From a virus (Duplodnaviria; Caudoviricetes), in IMG/VR virus record IMGVR_UViG_3300040807_001487, positions 285 through 64,284 of that record: 64,000 nucleotides of DNA, one strand, 5' to 3'. Below the pieces are notes generated by a model, which worked only from the letters and a program-made list of their open reading frames with translations, was not told the DNA's origin and made no database searches. Both the position numbers and the translations under genes were made by a program. Within the stretch, counting starts at the first letter, position 1; each line of letters starts with the position of its first letter. Below are positions 56,323 to 64,000 of this stretch, piece by piece.

Positions 56323-57177
56323 CTAAACACTATCTTCTTCTTTTTTCTTTCCGTTCGATTTACTACTTTGCTTTTTGGGAGTATCTTCAGTGTATTCAGT
56401 AAACATGACAAAGTTTCCTCTGTCGTCAACCAAATTACCTTCTGAGTCTACCTTCTCTCCCTTTGTGTTGACATAGTAACCAAGTTCATCAATCATTTTG
56501 CCGTCTAAGCTGACCGTATGACCTTGATCATCAAGAAGATTAAAGTTGTTATCTACATAATCAAACTTTTGGAGAAACTGATTTTCTGGTAATTCAGCTT
56601 CAAAGTTAGGATCTAGAGAGTACATCATCTGTGCCAATGTGGCGGCGGCGATAAATGCAATCTCATCATCTGCCCTATCACTATAATCTTCTAGATCTTT
56701 ATACACTTTTTTTCCATTGGCATCATATGTGCATTCTGATACTAAAAAGTCAAACTTCATATTATCAGCTAGAGATTCGGCTGTGTTTTGCTCTAGAGAG
56801 ATTTTTTCAGCAATTAACTGCTGTAATTCAGATCTTTTTTTCTTGATCTCTACAGCAATCTTTTTACCTTCCGAAGCTTTTCTGCGACCACGAACCCCCT
56901 GAAATAAATCCTTGGTAAGTCCACGAATTTCTTCAGCCAAAGTCTTTTCTTTCTGTTTTTGTTCAGATGACCAAATGCCGCGCTCTTCCATAAACTTATC
57001 TAACTCTATCTTTGTCATAATGCCATCACGCATATAGCTGTGTAACCACTGATTATAAATAGCATTTGCTCTGTTACTAACAATAGATCCGGGGCGCTTT
57101 ACTGTGATCTTAACTTTTTTAGCCTTGTCGCCTTCGCCCAAAGTAACCTCTACGGTTTTTTCCTTTTCCCTAGCCAT
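56323..57177 (-). CDS. Putative tail assembly chaperone
   Basis: Immediately upstream of the TMP; charged and helical; GGAGG SD. Confidence 0.5.
   Translation of the reverse strand: MAREKEKTVEVTLGEGDKAKKVKITVKRPGSIVSNRANAIYNQWLHSYMRDGIMTKIELDKFMEERGIWSSEQKQKEKTLAEEIRGLTKDLFQGVRGRRKASEGKKIAVEIKKKRSELQQLIAEKISLEQNTAESLADNMKFDFLVSECTYDANGKKVYKDLEDYSDRADDEIAFIAAATLAQMMYSLDPNFEAELPENQFLQKFDYVDNNFNLLDDQGHTVSLDGKMIDELGYYVNTKGEKVDSEGNLVDDRGNFVMFTEYTEDTPKKQSSKSNGKKKEEDSV
56690..56706 (-). promoter_or_regulatory. Candidate late promoter, GTGTATA-N6-TAG copy 3
   Basis: Minus strand reads GTGTATAAAGATCTAGA, about 390 nt upstream of the TMP start. Confidence 0.45.
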
Positions 57178-57178
57178 T

Positions 57179-57505
57179 CTATTCCTCCGATTTCTTAGGT
57201 ATAACTGGTATGTTAACTTGATATCTTAACCAATTTACGTCATACTGAGCCAACTCAGCATCAATATTACGCGCTTGATTGTTTCCCTTATCCAAAATTT
57301 CAGAGCGTACTTTATTGTACAGCTCTTGCATTTCTTTGCTTTGATTGCCGTCACCTTCCCACAAAAAGCCAAAATGCTCCTCAACACTACTAAGTGCGCC
57401 AATCATAGTAGTTTGTATTTTCTTCTTAAGAATCTTTGATAGCCTGTCTTTTGAATCTAGGCGATATTTATCATCGCGTATATTCTTGTAAGGTTTATTG
57501 TCCAT
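57179..57505 (-). CDS. Hypothetical tail-module protein
   Basis: 108 aa; AGGAG SD. Confidence 0.6.
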   Translation of the reverse strand: MDNKPYKNIRDDKYRLDSKDRLSKILKKKIQTTMIGALSSVEEHFGFLWEGDGNQSKEMQELYNKVRSEILDKGNNQARNIDAELAQYDVNWLRYQVNIPVIPKKSEE

Positions 57506-57513
57506 TTTTACTC

Positions 57514-58560
57514 CTACTTACGAAATTTGTCCTTGTACATTTGCATTTGACGGTTTGATTGATCAATACGCTCATCAAAAAATTCATGTTGTTGAACGCT
57601 TCCTTTTTTCTTGATAAGATCTGATCTTTGCTTTTTAATTGCTCTGCCTTGTGCGTCATTCATCGAGTTAATGTTTTCAATTTCTTGTTTATCCTTAGCC
57701 ATTACAAACACTTCAGAAGAGTTCTTTATCCTGTCGCTTTTTGTAGTAGTTTCCAAGTCTCTTTCTGCCTGTTCTTTTTTACGCTTTTGTGACTGATAAA
57801 TAAACCAGCCATCTAACATGTCATGATCTTTTATTACTTCGTCTGAGGGCGGCTCCATAGATTCGCCAATATTGTCGTAAATTTGTGACCACACAATCAT
57901 GTGTTTTTGATTGTACGTTAACTCATACTCCTCTAAATTTTTGAATAACTGTAGTTTTGCATTATCGCGTATATTCCACAAAGATCTCCAAGGCTCATTG
58001 ATAACTAAATCTCTTATTTGGTGTTCTGAGAGAATTGATTTATAGTACTGAGAAGTAATATATTCTGGGGAATGTTCTTCAAAGTCATACAAAACGTCAT
58101 TTTGATAAGTAGTATTGTTTATCACCCAGCTTACACGGGCGGCTTCTCCTACGCCCTCACAGGTAGTGTGGAAGTACTGATTTTTCAAATTTAGTTTCTC
58201 AGACAATTCCTCCTTAGCTTTCTTTAATTCATGCTTTAATAAGGCAACAGATCTTTTATCTTTCCTAGAATTGTATATGTTTAACTTATGAGAATCTATG
58301 TCTTTTTCAAGCGTTTTTACTCTGGCCTCATCATTCTCGTCCCATAGCTTATTTTCGTACATCCAACCTTGTATTTCGTCAGATGTCATTATATCTAAGG
58401 ACAGTGATTCTTCGTATGAGTCTTGATATATTTTGTTACTTTCGAGTTCCTGTTCCAAAGTCAAGGGTCTTACTTCTATGTTATTTGGTAACTTAAGTTT
58501 TCCCAACCTGATCTGACAAACAAAAAACTCCCGCTCATGTTGCTCCATTACAGACCTCAT
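57514..58560 (-). CDS. Putative tail assembly chaperone-like protein
   Basis: 348 aa, charged and helical; lies between the tail tube and the TMP. Confidence 0.5.
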   Translation of the reverse strand: MRSVMEQHEREFFVCQIRLGKLKLPNNIEVRPLTLEQELESNKIYQDSYEESLSLDIMTSDEIQGWMYENKLWDENDEARVKTLEKDIDSHKLNIYNSRKDKRSVALLKHELKKAKEELSEKLNLKNQYFHTTCEGVGEAARVSWVINNTTYQNDVLYDFEEHSPEYITSQYYKSILSEHQIRDLVINEPWRSLWNIRDNAKLQLFKNLEEYELTYNQKHMIVWSQIYDNIGESMEPPSDEVIKDHDMLDGWFIYQSQKRKKEQAERDLETTTKSDRIKNSSEVFVMAKDKQEIENINSMNDAQGRAIKKQRSDLIKKKGSVQQHEFFDERIDQSNRQMQMYKDKFRK

Positions 58561-58614
58561 GCGCGAGAGTTTTTCATTTTGTATCCTTGTGAATCCTAAT
58601 TATTTTTTTACTTA

Positions 58615-58941
58615 TCAGCCAGACTTAACATCTAGATTGTTTAGATCAGCAGAAGCAAAATCTAGATTTAAAGTAAACGTATAAACTTTCTTGAGCGTGT
58701 TACCACCAACTAAAGATGTCGCAACCGATGAAGTGCAGTTAGTTAAACCGCCATCAGTAACAGCTTGGTGCATTGTTTCGCACATGCCAAAAACAAATTC
58801 AGAAGCTGCTGGGCTTGTGTTACTAACTGGAACATAGCTAACAATACTACCAGAAGGGATGGTAATATCACCATTGCTGATTGTTGGGGTCTGACCAACC
58901 CCGTCGATTGTAAAAATTCCACTAAGTGCAGTAAGGGCCAT
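58615..58941 (-). CDS. Small putative virion protein
   Basis: 108 aa, Ser/Thr/Gly-rich, AAGGAG SD; follows the tail tube; ends ...VKSG. Confidence 0.6.
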   Translation of the reverse strand: MALTALSGIFTIDGVGQTPTISNGDITIPSGSIVSYVPVSNTSPAASEFVFGMCETMHQAVTDGGLTNCTSSVATSLVGGNTLKKVYTFTLNLDFASADLNNLDVKSG

Positions 58942-58966
58942 ATCATTTTCTCCTTTGTGTGTTGTA

Positions 58967-60028
58967 TTAGTCTATTATAAGATCGTTAAAGTTTGTGTAA
59001 CTGTATGTCACAGTGGCATTACCACCCCCGGCATCGCCTCCACCATATGTTACAGAAGATAATCTATTCTTAGTACCTAAATCAAAACTTGTGCCATCTT
59101 CTAAAAGTATCTGAATAGCTTCTTCTTGTGTATTATTTCCTGCGTTTGGTTCGCCATTAAATTGTGGATCACCTTCTTCATATGCTTGAATTTGATCTGT
59201 AGCAAGAGCAATCATCTCAATGTCACAAGTAACTTCAATCGGGAAATTTGGAGCGCGATAATAAGGAGCTTTACGACCAAGTTCTAAAACATCTTCACGG
59301 CTGAAGTCTGTTGAAATACTAATATTTTGAACATGCGCACTTGGGTTGCCATTACCATCAACAAAGGTTCCGTCACTAGCTACCCCCGGCAAAGCTGTAG
59401 GCAAAATGCTAGAGCCAACGTCTACATTCTCTCTTCTTTGGACGCCACCATAAAGGTTTTCTAGATTTGGTGGAGCGTCTGTGCCAACACCATCATTGTC
59501 TTCTGTAAAAGCGTTACCAGCGCCGGTCATGAATGTTGCAGTATTTGAAAAAACCTTACTGTTTCCAACGAGCGTGATACTTTCTGTAACATTTCCATCA
59601 ACTGGAATATTATAAGATAAGCTACTGAGATACATGCCTGTCATTTTAATTTCTTGAACAAATGCTACATCGTCAACAGAGTCACCCGTTTCGTCATAAA
59701 CAGCTAAACCAACAACGCATCTTTCTTTTGATCTACCAACTAAGCTAGTAGCCCCCTCAGCCGTAGCTTGTGGTGTAGCAAGAGCGATCAAAGTTGAATA
59801 TCCATCAAAAACCTTTTCTATGGTTACTTCTACGTCGGGTACACCTTCGATGTTTTCGTAGATTTGAATCTGGCCAAGTTCAAAAACCTGCTCTAGATTG
59901 AAGTTGGTAGTTACACCAACGCTTTGTACGCCATGCGCAAACGTAACAGCCCCTTCGGCTAGCGTTTCGTCGTTATATGATGCAAAACCAACCGCTTGGC
60001 AAGCATAAAATACTCTTTTATTAGGCAT
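58967..60028 (-). CDS. Probable major tail tube protein
   Basis: 353 aa, acidic. Two related halves (GVQSVGVTTNFNLEQVFELGQ / HVQNISISTDFSREDVLELGR). Strong AGGAG SD and its own promoter motif; lies upstream of the chaperones and TMP. Confidence 0.7.
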   Translation of the reverse strand: MPNKRVFYACQAVGFASYNDETLAEGAVTFAHGVQSVGVTTNFNLEQVFELGQIQIYENIEGVPDVEVTIEKVFDGYSTLIALATPQATAEGATSLVGRSKERCVVGLAVYDETGDSVDDVAFVQEIKMTGMYLSSLSYNIPVDGNVTESITLVGNSKVFSNTATFMTGAGNAFTEDNDGVGTDAPPNLENLYGGVQRRENVDVGSSILPTALPGVASDGTFVDGNGNPSAHVQNISISTDFSREDVLELGRKAPYYRAPNFPIEVTCDIEMIALATDQIQAYEEGDPQFNGEPNAGNNTQEEAIQILLEDGTSFDLGTKNRLSSVTYGGGDAGGGNATVTYSYTNFNDLIID

Positions 60029-60057
60029 TTGTTCTCTCCTGTGAATTGTAGGGAAGG

Positions 60058-60074
60058 TCTACAGTTATATACAC
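60058..60074 (-). promoter_or_regulatory. Candidate late promoter, GTGTATA-N6-TAG copy 4
   Basis: Minus strand reads GTGTATATAACTGTAGA; intergenic, upstream of the tail tube SD; shares 13 of 17 nt with copy 1. Confidence 0.65.
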
Positions 60075-60077
60075 CAA

Positions 60078-61034
60078 TTAAATGTTATTTTTGATTATTT
60101 CCGTCGTTGTTCTGACAATTCCGGCGTAAAAATTAGTATTAATCGTGTCCATGCTCTGCACGACCATGTTTAAGAAAGTTAGTCTAAATTCTGGATAATT
60201 TGAAACCATATCTGGATATCTAAGAGCATTTGAGTTAAGGTATCCATATGGATTTCTAGGTAATTTATCGTCCACCACTATGGAGTTACTGTCAAAAGTA
60301 ATTATCGTCTTTTCGTTTTGCATAGATACTAAATCTACCAGTTTATTTCGTGTGTAAGCGTCTTCAGCAATACAGTGGAAAATAACGTCAGTATATACCC
60401 ACTGGCCACCACCCAACTGATAGCCCTTCATGGTTCTTCTGGGGATAACTTCTATTGCTATTGCTGGAAGCTGAACGCGCATTTCTGCTGGCAAAACAAC
60501 TGTAGATGGATTTGTCTGATCTAGCGTGTTTCTTTGTAATTCTCTTATAAATGGAACATTGTCGGCATATATTACATTGACATATTTGTAGCTAAAATTG
60601 GCTTGTACTTTACTGCCAGTTGGAATTGGAGTATCAAAAACAACTCTTCCATTATAATGATCAATGTTGTGGGCGAATTGCCCAGTGGTATCATTTGCGT
60701 GGAAAACATCATCCACGTAAACCCCGCTAACGCCGGGATGGTCTGGATCTGTACTAACTAGCGGCGGCGGCGTGAAAGATACTCCGCTCTGCCAAACCCA
60801 GTTTTTCCTGAATCCTTCCCAAGCCTTTCCAGCTGGATAATTACTATTAGTAGATATTTTTAATTGGCTATAGTCTTGATTTCTTGGAGATACCTGATCT
60901 TTTGTTATGTTAAAGAAGTTGCCCTTTTGTAGTAACCCCCAATCAAAAAACTCAACAAGATTATCCTGCAACTCATTATTAAGAGTTGAGTCAAATATAG
61001 TATTGAAGCCTTTTAGGTTTAGATAATCTGCCAT
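60078..61034 (-). CDS. Putative tail terminator/neck protein
   Basis: LPAIAIEV..GYQLGGG..DVIFHCIAEDAYTRNKLVDLV pattern; upstream of the tail tube. Confidence 0.55.
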   Translation of the reverse strand: MADYLNLKGFNTIFDSTLNNELQDNLVEFFDWGLLQKGNFFNITKDQVSPRNQDYSQLKISTNSNYPAGKAWEGFRKNWVWQSGVSFTPPPLVSTDPDHPGVSGVYVDDVFHANDTTGQFAHNIDHYNGRVVFDTPIPTGSKVQANFSYKYVNVIYADNVPFIRELQRNTLDQTNPSTVVLPAEMRVQLPAIAIEVIPRRTMKGYQLGGGQWVYTDVIFHCIAEDAYTRNKLVDLVSMQNEKTIITFDSNSIVVDDKLPRNPYGYLNSNALRYPDMVSNYPEFRLTFLNMVVQSMDTINTNFYAGIVRTTTEIIKNNI

Positions 61035-61660
61035 TATGATAACGCTTTCTTGAATACGTTAAATATGTCTGACTCTTGGCCCTTGCCAATTAACGCCCTA
61101 GTTATGAAGTTATTCTGTACTGTTCCAGAAAATTCTGGAGGTACTCGGAATGTGCCAGTTTTAGTCATATGCCCAAGTCTTGATCTTCCAAGTCCAAGTC
61201 CGGGTTCGTAACTATAGTTAACAACAATAATCCTGTCGCCTTCGGTTAATAACCAATCTAGCCAATGTAAATCGCCCTTAGCGTAATATACGTGGCCAGA
61301 TGTAAGTCCTAATAGGTTAATAAATGTTGATGGCTGAAAATATACTAATATGCCGCCATTTAACTTATTGTCTATTCTAGATACACTTGCCGATATTGAA
61401 TCTTCTACAGCATTTATGATATCCTTAACTGCCATTTCGTCAGCGCCCGGAATCAAGCCAAACTGTCCAGATAATGAGTCGGGTGTGCTAGATCTAAGCG
61501 ACTGAATTTCTGGCTGGGCTAAAATCCAAGATGATACTAATTTCTTACATTCTCGCTCAATTGAAGGCTTTTTCTTCATTAATAGAACGTTCATTTCCTC
61601 TGCTATAGCTTTATTGACTTTTCTTTCTATTGACTGTATGCTGTCTGTAAGCTCTATCAC
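61034..61660 (-). CDS. Putative neck/tail completion protein
   Basis: 208 aa; position in the head-tail junction block. Confidence 0.5.
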   Translation of the reverse strand: MIELTDSIQSIERKVNKAIAEEMNVLLMKKKPSIERECKKLVSSWILAQPEIQSLRSSTPDSLSGQFGLIPGADEMAVKDIINAVEDSISASVSRIDNKLNGGILVYFQPSTFINLLGLTSGHVYYAKGDLHWLDWLLTEGDRIIVVNYSYEPGLGLGRSRLGHMTKTGTFRVPPEFSGTVQNNFITRALIGKGQESDIFNVFKKALS

Positions 61661-62139
61661 GAAGTTCGCTCCCAGAAACAGGCAAAATACCTCTCCTGCT
61701 TAAGACCCATTGGTATGTGTTCGCCAAAGCGGGTAAATCTCATTTCCTTAATATCCTTAATGCCCTTGTGGACAATTAATTGTTTGGCGCTAAGAACTGC
61801 TTGCAAGTCTGACATAAAACCTATAGTCTGAATAGAGCCGTTCGGAATATTGAGATTATTATCACCTACGCCTATCCACTCTTTAGCGTCCCAATATACT
61901 TTAAGTTTAATATCAGTTAGTGTTTCCACTTCTCTAATAGTCTTAGTCCCAATGTTGTAATCACCCTCTATGATTGTATTGTTAATAGAGTTGATAACTG
62001 GTAGATTATTATCGGGATATATAATTTCTTCAATTAGCTCAATTGAAACTAATTGACATATTACTCCAAATATATCAAATGTAGAGTCTATAACATCAAA
62101 ATATTTATCGAAAACAGATTGTGGAACACTAATAGGCAT
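61657..62139 (-). CDS. Putative head-closure/stopper protein
   Basis: 160 aa, beta-rich; position in the head-tail junction block. Confidence 0.45.
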   Translation of the reverse strand: MPISVPQSVFDKYFDVIDSTFDIFGVICQLVSIELIEEIIYPDNNLPVINSINNTIIEGDYNIGTKTIREVETLTDIKLKVYWDAKEWIGVGDNNLNIPNGSIQTIGFMSDLQAVLSAKQLIVHKGIKDIKEMRFTRFGEHIPMGLKQERYFACFWERTS

Positions 62140-62141
62140 TA

Positions 62142-64000
62142 TTAACTCCCATCAACAATGTTGATATTTTTGTTTTGAAGCGCAAAAAATGCGGTTAAAT
62201 ATTCTGGAGTTGGAGAAGTAACTGATGCTGGGCCAAAATTAACATCAGTACCTGCTAACATAAATGAAGCTGTTGAACTCCAATCTACACATGTTGCAAT
62301 AATATTTGTTTCATTAACACTTGTGTTTTTGCAAAAATTTCTCATCTTTTCACTAAGCGTAGGTGGTAAAATCCATCCTGCAAAATTCTGATTGAAAGAG
62401 GTAGCGTTATTAAACATTTCAGAACAATCATTTAAACTTCTAACGTTCCAAGAAGAAACTGAGTGATTAAATACTGAATTATTTTCAAACATGGATGCCA
62501 TATTCGTACAAGAAGCTGTATTCCAAGAACTTATATCTTGATTGAATACTGAATCTTTAAACATTCCAAGCATAGTTCTGGGAATTGCCGTATTCCAAGA
62601 ACTTATATCTTGATTGAAAAATTGATTTGAATCAAACATGTAATTTAAGTCTACAGCTGATGACATATCCCAGCTAGAAAGTGGCTGACTAAAAGCACAA
62701 TTACGGAATGTAGAATCAAAATTCCAACAACTAGAAACATCCCAAGAGCTTAAATCTTGATTATAGTTTGAATCACAGAAAGTATAAGCAAGTTCTTGTA
62801 TATTGCTAGTATCCCAAGTTGATAAGTCTTGAGTAAAAATTTGATTGCCACAGAACAAGAAACTTAAATCTGTAAACCAAGATGGAATTGTTGATGGGAC
62901 TGATTCTAAATATTTTAATTGATGATCATCATTTAAATATATATTTCTAATAGTAAGATCGTCTTCTGCAAGATCTACAAAAGAAGGAGTATTAATAGCG
63001 TAGCCCCAACTTATTATATTTTGATAATACAATGATTGATTTGGATAATTATGAGCTGATGATGTAATAGAACTTGTTAAATCTGTAACAAGATTAGATA
63101 AAGTAATATAGTTATTTGAAGATATATTAACTGTTATAAGTTCTTGAGCTACATTAAGTAAAGAGGCAGATATCCTGTTATTAATAAAATCAATAGTACC
63201 TTGTCTCGCGTTTGAAGTATCAAAGTCTTTACGCATGTATACAAATCCACCATTTTTCGTAATAGAACTACTAGCAGTTGAAAGATATCCACCATTTGGA
63301 TCTTGGAAAGAAACTGGTAAAGTTAAAAGTGGCTCCCAAGATAGATTGGCGGCTATAGTTTGATTTTTGCTTTGTGTATTGCCAGCTGAATCAGAACAAG
63401 TAATAAATACATTAGTGATATTAGAATCTTTGTAAGGGCCGTTATTTCTAAGATAAAGATTCATTTGGATAAGTGGCTTGTATACTTTATATACGTTGTA
63501 TGTAAGTCCTAAACTGCTAGCTGTAGCTTCATCAATTTCTTCAACATATTCTAATGCAGTAACAACTTTTTTAATATCATTATTAAATGAAAATGATGTT
63601 ACCTTAAATGAACCATCTGGCTCTGGATATAAATCTGGAGCTGGAGTTGTAGTGGTGGTTGTTTGTGAGGCAAAATTCGGTAATAATCCATTGTCAGAAG
63701 TTTGAAGGCTAAATGTTAGTATATTACCGTTTCCGGCAGAAGATTCTGTAAAAACTGTTATTCTATTGTCACTTTCTAAATATGAATAGGTTGGCCTTGT
63801 TGAATTACTATATAAAATTTCATCAAACGCGATACTAGTAATTGTAGGGATGACATTTTGAGTACTGCCTAAGACTTCGCTTAAAGGACCAAATTCGGAA
63901 GTGTCAAATCCATAAAATCTTGAATCACTTCGATTAAATAGAATAACATTTGATCCATCGTCTGAAACTCCAACCATATCCATGTTTCCGTTTAGTCTTA
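62142..64000 (-). CDS. BspA/DUF285-repeat surface protein (probably 5'-truncated by the window)
   Basis: Tandem FNQDISSWNT/MF repeats of about 24-25 aa and a TTTTTTPAP linker. The frame stays open from ATG 63983 to the window edge. Confidence 0.8.
   Translation of the reverse strand, partial: RLNGNMDMVGVSDDGSNVILFNRSDSRFYGFDTSEFGPLSEVLGSTQNVIPTITSIAFDEILYSNSTRPTYSYLESDNRITVFTESSAGNGNILTFSLQTSDNGLLPNFASQTTTTTTPAPDLYPEPDGSFKVTSFSFNNDIKKVVTALEYVEEIDEATASSLGLTYNVYKVYKPLIQMNLYLRNNGPYKDSNITNVFITCSDSAGNTQSKNQTIAANLSWEPLLTLPVSFQDPNGGYLSTASSSITKNGGFVYMRKDFDTSNARQGTIDFINNRISASLLNVAQELITVNISSNNYITLSNLVTDLTSSITSSAHNYPNQSLYYQNIISWGYAINTPSFVDLAEDDLTIRNIYLNDDHQLKYLESVPSTIPSWFTDLSFLFCGNQIFTQDLSTWDTSNIQELAYTFCDSNYNQDLSSWDVSSCWNFDSTFRNCAFSQPLSSWDMSSAVDLNYMFDSNQFFNQDISSWNTAIPRTMLGMFKDSVFNQDISSWNTASCTNMASMFENNSVFNHSVSSWNVRSLNDCSEMFNNATSFNQNFAGWILPPTLSEKMRNFCKNTSVNETNIIATCVDWSSTASFMLAGTDVNFGPASVTSPTPEYLTAFFALQNKNINIVDGS
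62518..62618. repeat. Exact 29-nt direct repeat within the DUF285 array
   Basis: GTATTCCAAGAACTTATATCTTGATTGAA at 62518-62546 and 62590-62618 (72-nt period). Confidence 0.9.

Noticed and set aside
56323-58560. Tail chaperone G/GT-type programmed frameshift
   Set aside because: Each ORF has a separate SD and start, and no X-XXY-YYZ site was seen near an ORF end.
28285-58980. Short antisense and alternate-frame ORFs from the six-frame track
   Set aside because: They lie within long genes, lack recognisable motifs, and look like shadows of the coding strand.
61371-61386. GTGTATCTAGAATAGA (minus strand) as a late-promoter copy
   Set aside because: Position 7 differs and the spacer is one base short.
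62280-62900. DUF285 repeats as a CRISPR array or DGR template/variable repeat
   Set aside because: The repeats are in-frame coding units with a 72-75 nt period. No reverse transcriptase or adenine-specific variation was seen in the window.
1-64000. Stop-codon reassignment
   Set aside because: ORFs up to 3983 aa are intact under the standard code, and TAA, TGA and TAG all end real genes.

Overview
A 64 kb slice of a large, AT-rich tailed dsDNA phage genome. It uses the standard genetic code and is very densely coded, with many genes overlapping. Two arms converge on a bidirectional terminator at about 27.2 kb. The + arm (1-27215) carries nucleotide metabolism, replication and recombination genes: the ribonucleotide reductase C-terminus, dUTPase, PhoH, RecA, DnaB, DnaG, dNMP kinase, a Cas4-like nuclease, SSB and a Rad52-like annealase. 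It also has an intein-less split DnaE with a DnaQ exonuclease and an endonuclease VII gene between the halves, plus two glycan-synthesis clusters. The - arm (27261-64000) carries virion genes: probable neck proteins, tail tube, chaperones, a 1943-aa tape measure, a 3983-aa LamG/FG-GAP protein and a BspA/DUF285 protein. Four signals stand out. (1) A candidate phage-encoded protein O-glycosylation pathway: a ppGalNAc-T-like enzyme, a GnT-I-like enzyme, two GT4s, a methyltransferase and a sulfotransferase-like protein, together with strong Ser-Gly enrichment and Thr-rich linkers in virion proteins. (2) The two-chain DnaE. (3) A GTGTATA-N6-TAG motif found four times, only on the coding strand of the structural arm (candidate late promoter). 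(4) An integrin-alpha-like 7-blade FG-GAP propeller with a vWA/MIDAS-like insert in the giant tail protein. All family assignments come from motifs recognised by eye; no searches were run. No tRNA, rRNA or CRISPR array was recognised.
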